Origin: a virus
Length of the DNA stretch: 64,000 bases
Virus genome (UHGV): UHGV-1558314
Direction: 5' to 3' (one strand)
Shown: in pieces, positions 36,987 through 46,987 of the stretch
Position numbering within the stretch: the first letter of the stretch is position 1
Layout of the letters: each line of letters begins with the position of its first letter
Position numbers and translations under genes: made by a program
The notes under the pieces: model-generated
Seen by the model: the letters and a program-made list of their open reading frames with translations, nothing else
Told to the model about the DNA's origin: nothing
Databases searched by the model: none

Positions 36987-38915
36987 TTATCGAACATGCC
37001 AAAGAGTGTTCGACTTCACATTGACAGAGCTCTTAAAGTTATTATGACTACATAGCCAAACATGCGACTTATCAAGTTCTGCATAGGCATCTGACTTTAA
37101 GAATGCTTCAGAAGATTTGCTTGTCTGTTGCTTTGTCATTGATGCATCGCCTACAAGCATTGCAGTAGAGCCTTTGTACACTTGTTGCGCGTCATCTGCA
37201 ATCAATGTAGCTTCAAACGGCTGTTGCTGCATAAGCAATGCAAGCGTAGACCTACATGCATCTTTGTCTACTCGTATATGTGTGATTTTGCCAGCAAAGC
37301 CATACAGCTGAACAATGTCTGAGTCATTTGACCAGTCATGCAAAATTGATGTAGACTTAACAACTTCTGTCAAGATTTGCATGTCATTGACTATGGTCGA
37401 TGTTGACAAACTCAGTACAAGTTCAACGTCACCATTGTTAAGATTGCGTTGTCTAATGACTACGCCGTTCCAGCTCTTGCAAATCTTATCATCTACGCTT
37501 GCTAAGCTTTCGCCAGTTTTGACATCAAGCACATGTAACAAGCCAGATGACACTGCAAGCATCAATCTGCCAAGTCGCATCAGTTGCCATGATGCTGCTT
37601 GAGCTTTTGCATTGTCTTCAAGCATAAACAAGCAACATGCAGACCAATCTGACGTATCAAGTGATTTGACATACTCAACTGCAATGTCATTGCCAACTGC
37701 ATTCATATCATAATATGCAGCAGACACTGGCACATATTTGAACGACAGCGGTGATTCATTTACACTGACTGCTTTATGAATGAATCTACGATTAGTTTCG
37801 TACATGCTCAAGTCGACATGCATGTCATTAACAAACATATTGAGAGCAATGTCTTCGACTTGTTCAGTTGCAACTTTGTCTGCATCAAAAGTATCGAATG
37901 TTTTTGTGAGCTCGTCCAAATTAAGTATCTCTTTCACATCATCAGCAACTTGCATCTTAGACTCGTCACGATATTCAGGTCGATGCTCATATGACTTCAA
38001 TGTTAGCTCATAATATGGCGTTGATAACATAATGCCATTTGGATGCTGCACAGATGCGACTTCAAGCATTCGATTTGCTATTGGCACGTAGCAATAGTCA
38101 AATTGCTGCGGCTGCTTGCCAATGCCAAATACTCGTTCATATTCTGCTTTTGGCACATGAGCTGTTATGCATTGTTCAAAATCAATGTCAAATGCGTCAT
38201 ATGTGACTTTGTTCGTGCTAAATTCATTGTCAACGACCATCAACTTCAGCCACTTAACTGCGCCAGTATGAATCAAATCATATGCACGCAATGATGCAAC
38301 ACGATGTTCATCTGACACTTCATGACTAAACCAGATAACAACATGACCAAGCTGACGATTCACAGCATTTACAATGTTGTCTTGCAATGCTATAGCATCT
38401 TGCATGTGCGTGTATGGATTGTACAGATGATTGTCTGATTCAATGACAATTGATGCTTGTTTTGCTGGTGCAAAAATCTCGTCAGCATATGTGACATTGT
38501 CAACAGACTCTTCATTGACTTTGATGTCTTCAAGCACGTATGAGTCATGACGAACATTTGCTGCATCTGTCCATTGCTTGCGCCATGCAATATCAACAAT
38601 CATAATGAACTTGACATACACTGGTTCGTCCGCAGTTGCATATGCAAGTACAAACTCATTCAAATGCGTTGCAGCATCATACACAGACCCAGGCTCAGAC
38701 CACGTCTTGCCTACATCTACAGACCATTTGAACTGCACATTGAGCATTGCATGACATTGCTCAGCATTGTCGACAAGCTCAATGTTATTCAATGAGCCTT
38801 TGATATCTGCAGCAAATTCAAGATACAGCGTAGAATCTTGTCTTACGATGATGCAATCGTCATCAGCCCTTTGTGACACTGACTGCTTTGTTGATTCGTT
38901 TGATGACTTTGCCAT
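36987..38915 (-). CDS. hypothetical protein, probable virion/morphogenesis protein
   Basis: 642-aa ORF in the late-gene block. Confidence 0.45.
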   Translation of the reverse strand: MAKSSNESTKQSVSQRADDDCIIVRQDSTLYLEFAADIKGSLNNIELVDNAEQCHAMLNVQFKWSVDVGKTWSEPGSVYDAATHLNEFVLAYATADEPVYVKFIMIVDIAWRKQWTDAANVRHDSYVLEDIKVNEESVDNVTYADEIFAPAKQASIVIESDNHLYNPYTHMQDAIALQDNIVNAVNRQLGHVVIWFSHEVSDEHRVASLRAYDLIHTGAVKWLKLMVVDNEFSTNKVTYDAFDIDFEQCITAHVPKAEYERVFGIGKQPQQFDYCYVPIANRMLEVASVQHPNGIMLSTPYYELTLKSYEHRPEYRDESKMQVADDVKEILNLDELTKTFDTFDADKVATEQVEDIALNMFVNDMHVDLSMYETNRRFIHKAVSVNESPLSFKYVPVSAAYYDMNAVGNDIAVEYVKSLDTSDWSACCLFMLEDNAKAQAASWQLMRLGRLMLAVSSGLLHVLDVKTGESLASVDDKICKSWNGVVIRQRNLNNGDVELVLSLSTSTIVNDMQILTEVVKSTSILHDWSNDSDIVQLYGFAGKITHIRVDKDACRSTLALLMQQQPFEATLIADDAQQVYKGSTAMLVGDASMTKQQTSKSSEAFLKSDAYAELDKSHVWLCSHNNFKSSVNVKSNTLWHVR

Positions 38916-40413
38916 TTCGAGGATTTATGATTGCAAGTTCAATATCATAGTCGCCGATATGACGAAAATGATGTCTAAAAAGATATTTGTCAGATGTAGC
39001 TTCAATGACTCCACCAGATATTGCATTGCGATATGTGCATGTCCATTTGATGTCATGTGGAGCATAAGCATATGACAGCTCATCTGGGAAGCAGCACACT
39101 TGACTACCAACTGTCACAGTTGCGCCATTGTCAATCTTGCAAAACCTTGTATCATTTGGTCTACGTTGCACTGCATAGTGATGTTGACATTCAAACATAT
39201 CTGATTTGATTGACAAAGTTTGCCAAGGTGATTCAATGAGATATCGAGGCTTTTGAGACTCTTCACTTACAAGTTTACAATGTAACCCAAGATTTTCAAG
39301 CTCTTCAACAAGTTGAGTGTTTGCAATGTGTAGGGTGTAGTGTTTGTCATTTGTGTGTATTTCCACATCATGCTCAGTAGCATCAACGACATCTGCAATG
39401 ATTGTCGCAGGCCAATTGCCAGTCAGCTCAAAGTCATCAAATGAGAAATGCAAATCTGTTTTGACATGCAATTGTGCTCTGCTCATAGGCTCTTTGCTGT
39501 ACGCATACAATGCCCATTGCATTGAATTGTCAAGCATCTGAATTTCTTGCACAGACCATGTAAACTTCACAAATTGTGAATCTGCTTGCAATTCACAGTA
39601 GTCATTGATTTGCTTGAGCAAGTCTTTAACATCTGTGTATGCAATGTTGACTTCATCTGCGTCAACTTGAACGCCATCGACATCGACAAACTCAGACATC
39701 GACATTGCAAACGTGCCAGCACCTTCAATATCAATTTGCATGTTCAGATATGTTGAGCCGTACTGCAACAATCGCATGCAATCAGAATCAATAAGTTTGA
39801 TGTCATTCAAATGGTCAAGCCATAGAACATTTGATTGCGCCTTGTCAAGATTGTAGAGCCATTTTATGATTGAGCCGTCTTTTTTGACATTTTCTGGGTC
39901 AAATACGTTAGGGTCTGGGTAGCTCATGAAATCTGGCACACCCAATGCTTTGCGTGTGCTATAGAACAATGTAGCATTGTTCATGCCTGCAATGTCAATA
40001 GACTCATCAGGCTCTTGAAGCTTTGCAGCAATTTGAGACAATGAATTGCCAGCATATGACTGCTCAAGTGAATGTAGTTTGCAGTCTGCAATAGCAATGA
40101 CGAAGTTTGCTTGCAATTCTACGATGTTCAGTGTGCGTTTGAACACTTGCACTTGACCATAGCAATCTTTGAGAGTCAACACAAGTTCATATGCACCTGC
40201 AGTTGTTATGCCAAGCTTAAGATGCTGTTGAACATCAAGATACGTTCTGTCAAACACAAGCTTGCCAGATTCATCATAGATTTCATATGTAGCTTCTCTA
40301 CAATTTTGTATGAGCGCAGATAAGTCTGCGTCTTTTGATGACCATGCTGCAATTGAAATGTCTATAATTGCTACATTGTCTCTGTAAAAAAGCCCTATAG
40401 GTTGCGGATTCAT
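38863..40413 (-). CDS. hypothetical protein, probable virion protein
   Basis: 516-aa ORF. Confidence 0.45.
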   Translation of the reverse strand: MNPQPIGLFYRDNVAIIDISIAAWSSKDADLSALIQNCREATYEIYDESGKLVFDRTYLDVQQHLKLGITTAGAYELVLTLKDCYGQVQVFKRTLNIVELQANFVIAIADCKLHSLEQSYAGNSLSQIAAKLQEPDESIDIAGMNNATLFYSTRKALGVPDFMSYPDPNVFDPENVKKDGSIIKWLYNLDKAQSNVLWLDHLNDIKLIDSDCMRLLQYGSTYLNMQIDIEGAGTFAMSMSEFVDVDGVQVDADEVNIAYTDVKDLLKQINDYCELQADSQFVKFTWSVQEIQMLDNSMQWALYAYSKEPMSRAQLHVKTDLHFSFDDFELTGNWPATIIADVVDATEHDVEIHTNDKHYTLHIANTQLVEELENLGLHCKLVSEESQKPRYLIESPWQTLSIKSDMFECQHHYAVQRRPNDTRFCKIDNGATVTVGSQVCCFPDELSYAYAPHDIKWTCTYRNAISGGVIEATSDKYLFRHHFRHIGDYDIELAIINPRNGKVIKRINKAVSVTKG

Positions 40414-40424
40414 TATATTGCAGT

Positions 40425-40874
40425 CTATTGATGATTGTTGTTATCGCACTTATTGAGCAACTGGTCATAATACGTTTGCTCTGTCTTACGCTGCTGTTCT
40501 ATCAAAATGATGATTTGTTCCATCTGAATTTCAAACGCGGCGTTTTTGCGAACAAGTGCCTTATGTTGCTCAGCAGTCAATGATGCGTCAAGAATATCCA
40601 ACATATCTGCATAATATGCAGCAATAATTTTGTTGTATTGCTGCATTGCAGTTTGCAATGACTCAAATGACTGGTCAGATAATGTTGACAAAATCTGAAC
40701 ATGCATTTTGTCTGTCAAGCCAATTTTTGCTTGCAGCAAATCACGTTCTGCTGAATGCTTTCTGTCAATGTTGATGATAAACATCATCAAAATCATCAAT
40801 ACAAAAGCTATAACAGTCTTGTAGTTCTTGTCATCAATGAATCGCAGCAAAAATATGTCTAAAAACTTTTCCAT
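40425..40874 (-). CDS. membrane-anchored coiled-coil protein
   Basis: N-terminal hydrophobic helix then coiled-coil-like segment. Confidence 0.4.
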   Translation of the reverse strand: MEKFLDIFLLRFIDDKNYKTVIAFVLMILMMFIINIDRKHSAERDLLQAKIGLTDKMHVQILSTLSDQSFESLQTAMQQYNKIIAAYYADMLDILDASLTAEQHKALVRKNAAFEIQMEQIIILIEQQRKTEQTYYDQLLNKCDNNNHQ

Positions 40875-40876
40875 TG

Positions 40877-42226
40877 TTACTCTGCGATTTCCCAGATTCG
40901 TGTTCGTTTATTTGCTATGCTTCGTACAACAGCATCATCACCTATGTGAACATCCAATGCTCGATTTGACGTCAATGTGATGTTCTTTGTGCCACCAGGC
41001 TGCTCAAATGACAAGTTAGCTTTGTCAAGTTCAAGCAATGGGGCCAAGTCCATGCTTTGGTCAATAAGCCAATCAAAGTACTCAGCGTCAATTTGTGTCG
41101 TGTCAATGTCTGCTTCAGTTACTACAAAAATGTCATTAAGCTTGTTTGGTCTAACAGTGTCACCAATTGGCTCAAATGCAGTGCTTGACAGAAGCATTGT
41201 ATGTGGACGAATGTAAATGATGTCTTCATCTACAAATGCATTCATATCTTTGACGACAATTTGTGCTGCAGGAGTGTATGGCTTTGACGTCACAATTTCT
41301 GCATTGTCTGAGCCATACAAATACCGAGCCATGTAGGATGCAAAAACATCAATGCTGACATCTGCAAAATGAATGTGCTCTGGCAAAAAGACATCTTCAA
41401 GAATCATGACAAGATACTGCAGCTTCAGCAACAAATCTTGATTGTCTGCCATGTTCTTGACAAATTCAGGCATGCCACAATTCAGATATTTGCCAGACGC
41501 TTCATTGTATTCATAGGTCAATTGCAGCAAATTTGTGCGTTTGTACATGCCTGCGTATGGCGAAATGTCATCTTGCAATGACAATAATGTTCTGTTGTTG
41601 CCATCAAGTGATTTGAGCACTTCATAGATGCGAACAGCTTCACTGTAGCCAAGCCAGTCTAATGCAGCATGCAACCCATTGTATGTACCAAGCTTACTGT
41701 CAATGTCATCTCGTCGTATGAGCCACTCTCTTGCTTTGCTATTCTGCAATATGAAGTCAACGACATCTTGTCGAATGTCATTCAGCATCAATGCTTTGTT
41801 GTAGTACTCAAGATAGTCATGACCCATATTAGACATCATGACAAGCAAGCGTTCATCTGCGTCAACGACTGTAGCAGTCACATTGACATGCAATGCAATG
41901 CCATCAACGACAACTTCAATTGCACAAACATTATTGCCAACATCAACAGCGTTGAATATGATGTTTGCAATCATATCATTGTTGACAAGATGTCGAGTAG
42001 TCTTATCTACAAGCAGCAATTCATTGTTCTCGTCAACTGCAAAGAAACTCAATGCAGATGATAGCAATCTGACTGTGCATTCAACATTGTCTGAAAACAA
42101 TGATGCAATGTTATATGTGCCCTTTGACACATTGCCAAGCTCTATGTTAGCGCCGTCATAGATGCGCTTGCCGAATCTGTCAAAAATGTTTATTGCAGCC
42201 ATGTTACAGTTTCTTATCGATGTCAA
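40877..42226 (-). CDS. hypothetical protein, probable virion protein
   Basis: 449-aa ORF. Confidence 0.45.
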   Translation of the reverse strand: MTSIRNCNMAAINIFDRFGKRIYDGANIELGNVSKGTYNIASLFSDNVECTVRLLSSALSFFAVDENNELLLVDKTTRHLVNNDMIANIIFNAVDVGNNVCAIEVVVDGIALHVNVTATVVDADERLLVMMSNMGHDYLEYYNKALMLNDIRQDVVDFILQNSKAREWLIRRDDIDSKLGTYNGLHAALDWLGYSEAVRIYEVLKSLDGNNRTLLSLQDDISPYAGMYKRTNLLQLTYEYNEASGKYLNCGMPEFVKNMADNQDLLLKLQYLVMILEDVFLPEHIHFADVSIDVFASYMARYLYGSDNAEIVTSKPYTPAAQIVVKDMNAFVDEDIIYIRPHTMLLSSTAFEPIGDTVRPNKLNDIFVVTEADIDTTQIDAEYFDWLIDQSMDLAPLLELDKANLSFEQPGGTKNITLTSNRALDVHIGDDAVVRSIANKRTRIWEIAE

Positions 42227-42434
42227 AGTATGACGTAAAGCGATTCACAAATTCAACAAACAAAATCGACAATGCATCACACATGCCAATGAGAGTTGAC
42301 ACGCCAAAATACGCTGCAACTCTTGTGCTCTTATTGAACACTACTCTACTATATACGCCACTCTGCCATGATGGCTTTGCGGTGACAAGCATTGATTGCT
42401 TGATTTTGTCTCTTGTTGTGAAATTCGATTGCAT
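42204..42434 (-). CDS. hypothetical small protein
   Basis: 76-aa ORF filling an otherwise empty 220-bp gap; overlaps downstream gene start by 23 nt. Confidence 0.3.
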   Translation of the reverse strand: MQSNFTTRDKIKQSMLVTAKPSWQSGVYSRVVFNKSTRVAAYFGVSTLIGMCDALSILFVEFVNRFTSYFDIDKKL

Positions 42435-42446
42435 ATTTGTGAATCA

Positions 42447-44057
42447 TCAACATTCTACATACGAGCCATCAGTGTTTTCAACAAGCACTTTGATGCTCAA
42501 GCCCACATCTGTGCCTTGCTGACTTCTTATCAATGGCACAATGTTTTTTGATTGTGGTGCAATGTTGCCCATATTGTCAATGTGCTCGTCATTGCCAATA
42601 AACTGTACATCCACTGATTTGATGACATCAAGCTCTTCAAGTTTTGCAATTGCAGCAGAACGACTAACGAATGTCGATGCATTTGACCATGAGTCTTCTA
42701 CAAATGTTTTTGCAGCATCAAGCAATTGCTGCTTGACGTCTTCTATATTTTGCAGTACTGCGGTCTTTTTGACAAGAATGAGCATCTGATAAAATTCAAG
42801 TTGCACAGTGTCAAATTGTACATCAGTTAGCAGCACATAGTCACCAGTGTTTTCAATAGCATTGTTCAGATATTGTCTATCTATAGAGTCAATCGTAAAT
42901 TCTGCTATTGGCAATGACCAGTAGTCATACACTATTGAGCCTGCTTTGACATACTTGTCTGCAATGTTGGGCACCAGTACAACATGAATTGTCTGAGTCT
43001 CTGTATTTGACCAGACATCAAGTATCTTATACTGGCCAAAACGTGACATGAATGCTCTGATTGAATCTGCTGAGTGCAACACAAGTGCCCTGTTAATTGA
43101 GCCTGCATGTGAACGTATCGATTCGATGTCTTCACCATTGTAACCACCTACAATGTCTGTCAACTGTTCAATGACTAATACACCCTTTGGGCTTACAGCA
43201 GTAGTGTTTGCATCATACATGCCATTGACCCATTCAAATGTTGCATCATTGTCAATCAAAATGTTTCCTGCATAGCCCTCACATGCAGTGTATTCTACAT
43301 TGACGACTGCATTTTGTGCAGGAATTTGACCAGCAGTACCATTGCCAAACACAATCTGTAGTTTGCCATCATATGACCAGCGTTCAATGTACCCCTTGCT
43401 GTATCGGTCCATTTCATCAAACCCTGCATAGCAAGTCCACAGCTCATTGCCAACTGTGACAGTCAATGAATCCTCAGACACAATCAAGTTGCGCTCTTCG
43501 ATAGTGAATGTTGTCATTGACTCACCATCAGAAATATATTGCTGAGACTTGCGTTCACCTTGTCTAACTGCGAATTCATATCGTACACCCGTCAACTCAT
43601 TGTTGATGTTGAGTTGCGCAAAGTCTTGATGCATGTCGATGTAGTACATCAGCGAGTTCTCTTTGCATTTAATTGCAGCATATCGCTTAATGAACACAGT
43701 CGGGCCAAGCTCTTTAACTGCGTCATATGAAAAACTTAATGCAATTTTGCCTGATGCTGCAATGCCACCAACACATTTGTAGCATGCAAGCTGCGCAAGA
43801 CCTCGTACAGATGCAGTTTGTTCTGCAGTAAGCAAGTTGTTTTCTTTTGTGCCTACTACAATTTGCGTAAAGATGAGTGACGCAAGTTCTCTGAAACTCT
43901 GAACAAGAATTCCAAAAATTGTATATTTGCCATACTGCTTCTTTGTAGAGTTCAGCAAATTCTGCAGCCAAGTATCTATAGACTGTGACACGCCTGAATA
44001 TGACATTTGCATTTTCTGCATCCATGTCATATTGTCACGAGTGTTATTTGTGCGCAT
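42447..44057 (-). CDS. hypothetical protein, probable virion protein (start trimmed to ATG at 44057)
   Basis: ORF-track N-terminus (to 44159) reads through a 30-bp tandem DNA repeat (CAHSKRxIL x2); first plausible ATG downstream is M35 at 44057. Confidence 0.45.
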   Translation of the reverse strand: MRTNNTRDNMTWMQKMQMSYSGVSQSIDTWLQNLLNSTKKQYGKYTIFGILVQSFRELASLIFTQIVVGTKENNLLTAEQTASVRGLAQLACYKCVGGIAASGKIALSFSYDAVKELGPTVFIKRYAAIKCKENSLMYYIDMHQDFAQLNINNELTGVRYEFAVRQGERKSQQYISDGESMTTFTIEERNLIVSEDSLTVTVGNELWTCYAGFDEMDRYSKGYIERWSYDGKLQIVFGNGTAGQIPAQNAVVNVEYTACEGYAGNILIDNDATFEWVNGMYDANTTAVSPKGVLVIEQLTDIVGGYNGEDIESIRSHAGSINRALVLHSADSIRAFMSRFGQYKILDVWSNTETQTIHVVLVPNIADKYVKAGSIVYDYWSLPIAEFTIDSIDRQYLNNAIENTGDYVLLTDVQFDTVQLEFYQMLILVKKTAVLQNIEDVKQQLLDAAKTFVEDSWSNASTFVSRSAAIAKLEELDVIKSVDVQFIGNDEHIDNMGNIAPQSKNIVPLIRSQQGTDVGLSIKVLVENTDGSYVEC

Positions 44058-44083
44058 ATCAGTTAATTTGTTTGTATATGTAT

Positions 44084-44160
44084 TCGAATGTGCACACATG
44101 AGAATAGGTCTCTTCGAATGTGCACATATGAGAATAAGTCTCTTCGAATATGCGCACAAA
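44084..44160. repeat. tandem direct repeat, 30-bp unit x2.5
   Basis: tcgaatgtgcacacatgagaataggtctct / tcgaatgtgcacatatgagaataagtctct / tcgaatatgcgcacaaa. Confidence 0.8.
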
Positions 44161-44188
44161 AAGAAGAGCTTGCATATGCAAGCTCTTC
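44153..44188 (-). terminator. rho-independent terminator after gene 44231..44614
   Basis: Palindrome gaagagcttgcatatgcaagctcttc followed on the minus strand by TTTTTGTGC. Confidence 0.55.
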
Positions 44189-44230
44189 CATCGCCAAAAC
44201 CTATCTAATTATGGAAACACCTCTGAAAGG

Positions 44231-44614
44231 TCAAATTATGAATCGTTTTGTGATTGGCCTGAAGTCTTCTGGCAAATCATAACGTTTTGTGATTGTTACA
44301 TCGCAAACAAGCAAATCGTTCATTTGTGTAGCAGATTTTGTAATGAAACAGTTGACAGACCATTCAAACAAATGCTGCGTAACGCTATAGTTTTTGAGTG
44401 CAGTAATGATATGTGATTGAATTGTTGCTGTCGAAATGCTTCTGTGATAAAGCGCAGCATCAATCTTCTCGACATCAAACATAATGTCAATTTCATTCAA
44501 AAAGACACGCAATGAATCTGTTGTTTGCAATTCATCATCTTCTTGAGTTTCTACAAAGTCAATACCTTGTAGCTCTTGTGACATTTGTGATGTATCGAAA
44601 CGATTATCTGACAT
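44231..44614 (-). CDS. hypothetical protein
   Basis: 127-aa ORF followed by a hairpin terminator. Confidence 0.45.
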   Translation of the reverse strand: MSDNRFDTSQMSQELQGIDFVETQEDDELQTTDSLRVFLNEIDIMFDVEKIDAALYHRSISTATIQSHIITALKNYSVTQHLFEWSVNCFITKSATQMNDLLVCDVTITKRYDLPEDFRPITKRFII

Positions 44615-44620
44615 GATATG

Positions 44621-45931
44621 CTATGCTGTTTGTTGAACATTGACAGTCACAAGCACCTGTTTACCAGGCTCCTGCGATTTCATTTGACGTGACACTTCAA
44701 TGAATGCATCAAGCAATTGCGCAGGTGAAACAGTCATGCCTTGCTCCATAAGCTGCTTACGCAATGCTGCGATTTGCTGACTTGCATTTTGGTCATTGCC
44801 AATTGACAACATTAGTGAATCAAGTCGACGTCCAAGTTCTGCAACTTTAAGTTGAATTGACTGCAATTGCGATGCTGAATCTGCAAGTTGACTGATAGCT
44901 TGCATGTACAAATCAAGCGACACGCCATCAATGTTCGACACTTCAATTGGTGCAAGGCCGACATTGCATGAGCTTACTCGAGTGCAAATGCGAAATGCGA
45001 TTGCATTTGCAGAGCCATCATCAGACATTGCTTTCTTAACAAAGCGTTGCATGCTATAGCCTCTGCCACCTGATTCTTCATATCGATTGACAAAGAACAA
45101 TGAGTGCAAGCATCGTGTTTTGATAGATGGATTTGACTGCAGCCAAACATCACAATACAATGCAATGCAATTGAATTCAATGTCTTCATTGAATGTTTCA
45201 TAATCTGAGAACTGCAGCTTCAATCTGTCAACTGCACGGCTCAAACTGTATCGACTTGCAGGTTCTACGACATCTGCATTGTCATAGATTGCTTTTGTGA
45301 ATGTCGTGTCGCCATCTTCAAGACCTTGCGCGTTTTCTTGAAATGTTTCTGGCACATAGCCAACTTCAATGTCTGGATATGTTGCAGCAGTCCACTTTGC
45401 ATTGCATCGCTTTGCATTTGCAGGTATGTACAGATACTGTTCTGTGTATGACATGCCGTTAAGCTCAACTACACCAAAATCTATCGCATTGCCAATGTAT
45501 GTAACAAGCGGCTGCCAATCTGAACGTTGCACGAATGCTGCGCCATCTGCAGTAGACTCAAGTTCAAGAGCAGAAGCCTTTTGAAACATCTTCCACAACG
45601 CAGATTCTGTGAATGTTTCATTGGCAGACTCCAGCAATGACGTTGCAAGCAATGAGCAGTTGTCGAGGTAGTTTTGACACAATGCTGGCACAAGAGCATT
45701 GGCGTCTTCGACCATCGTAGTGTCATTGAACTCTGATGGATGCACAAAGAACTTTTGCCCATTGTGCTCAGCGTCATTGTACCAATCTGGAATGTTCAAA
45801 CAAGCAAACACAGATGGTGACACGACAATGTCGTGATTTAATGTCGCATTTGTCAGTAGCGTATTTGTGTCAGTGAACACAAGTACAGTGCCTTGTGTTA
45901 ACTTTAACGGGTCGAAAACGGAAACTCTCAT
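44621..45931 (-). CDS. hypothetical protein, probable structural protein
   Basis: 436-aa ORF. Confidence 0.45.
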   Translation of the reverse strand: MRVSVFDPLKLTQGTVLVFTDTNTLLTNATLNHDIVVSPSVFACLNIPDWYNDAEHNGQKFFVHPSEFNDTTMVEDANALVPALCQNYLDNCSLLATSLLESANETFTESALWKMFQKASALELESTADGAAFVQRSDWQPLVTYIGNAIDFGVVELNGMSYTEQYLYIPANAKRCNAKWTAATYPDIEVGYVPETFQENAQGLEDGDTTFTKAIYDNADVVEPASRYSLSRAVDRLKLQFSDYETFNEDIEFNCIALYCDVWLQSNPSIKTRCLHSLFFVNRYEESGGRGYSMQRFVKKAMSDDGSANAIAFRICTRVSSCNVGLAPIEVSNIDGVSLDLYMQAISQLADSASQLQSIQLKVAELGRRLDSLMLSIGNDQNASQQIAALRKQLMEQGMTVSPAQLLDAFIEVSRQMKSQEPGKQVLVTVNVQQTA

Positions 45932-45933
45932 TG

Positions 45934-46368
45934 TTATAAAATTGTCAATCGATGCTCTGCATCAGTTTGCTCACTGTTAAATGTCACTGTCACTGAGTGC
46001 TCAGTGTCATTGAAACTTGCAATGCATTCATGCTCAATGCCTGCAATTCGCAAATGCACATCAGCAAAAGTCTTGTCAATTGTTGATTTGATGACATACA
46101 CATATTGCGGTGCTTGTGATTCAAGTCGAGTAACAGTCACATACTGATTGTCTACTTGCTCTTCACTATTTACAAGCTCAGTCAATGTTGGCTTTACTAC
46201 ACTGACATGTGCAAACTGCAATGCTTTAAGTACTGCTTTGCTTCTTGAATCTACTTGTTGCTGATTTGACACCAGCAGTTTGATTGCAGAGTATGGTGTC
46301 TCTACATTAGCATCAATAGTATTGAGTGCAATAGGCTTTACAGTAGCCAAAAATTCTGCAAGTGTCAT
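45934..46368 (-). CDS. hypothetical protein
   Basis: 144-aa ORF. Confidence 0.45.
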   Translation of the reverse strand: MTLAEFLATVKPIALNTIDANVETPYSAIKLLVSNQQQVDSRSKAVLKALQFAHVSVVKPTLTELVNSEEQVDNQYVTVTRLESQAPQYVYVIKSTIDKTFADVHLRIAGIEHECIASFNDTEHSVTVTFNSEQTDAEHRLTIL

Positions 46369-46369
46369 A

Positions 46370-46900
46370 TTATGAAAGCTGAGCCGTAGTGTACCAAGTT
46401 AAGTCAGATTCATTGTACGTCAATGCAATTGTAAGAGCTTGACCAAGTTGCTGTGACAATTGCTTACATGAATCAATGAATGCTTGCATATCTGCATATG
46501 ACTTTGTGTAGAACATGCCCCATTCTGTTGTATTGACTGCGACATTATGAACATCTGCAAGATGACAGACTTCTACAGATGATACATTAAAGTCTGAGCC
46601 ATCTTCATCAACATGATGCACATTGTTTGCGCACCAATACTGATACAAACGAGCTTTGTCTGATGCAGTCATGTCAAACTGCATGCGTTGAGCAATTGAT
46701 TCATCGACATTATCAATGAATTGCTTTGCTGACTTTGATTCAAGCATCGCATGATGCAGTGTATGATTTGCATGCCAGTCTGGAGTGCCGATTGCTACGC
46801 TAAGCTGATTTTCAAACACAAATTGTTGTGCTTGAGCTTCTTCGTAGCATTGTGTCCATGTCTTTGTCATGTTGTTTATCTTAAGTTTGTATATGTACAA
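46370..46900 (-). CDS. hypothetical protein
   Basis: 176-aa ORF. Confidence 0.45.
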   Translation of the reverse strand: MYIYKLKINNMTKTWTQCYEEAQAQQFVFENQLSVAIGTPDWHANHTLHHAMLESKSAKQFIDNVDESIAQRMQFDMTASDKARLYQYWCANNVHHVDEDGSDFNVSSVEVCHLADVHNVAVNTTEWGMFYTKSYADMQAFIDSCKQLSQQLGQALTIALTYNESDLTWYTTAQLS

Positions 46901-46987
46901 ATAATGTTGATGTTGTATTGAAGCATCGCAAAATAAGGCCAGACTACTCGGTTGAGCTTGCCTGGCCTTTCAAATGCATTTTGCTTA

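Noticed and set aside
44057-44159. N-terminal CAHSKR-repeat extension of the 570-aa gene
   Set aside because: Produced by translating the 30-bp tandem DNA repeat and a terminator hairpin; the start was trimmed to ATG at 44057.
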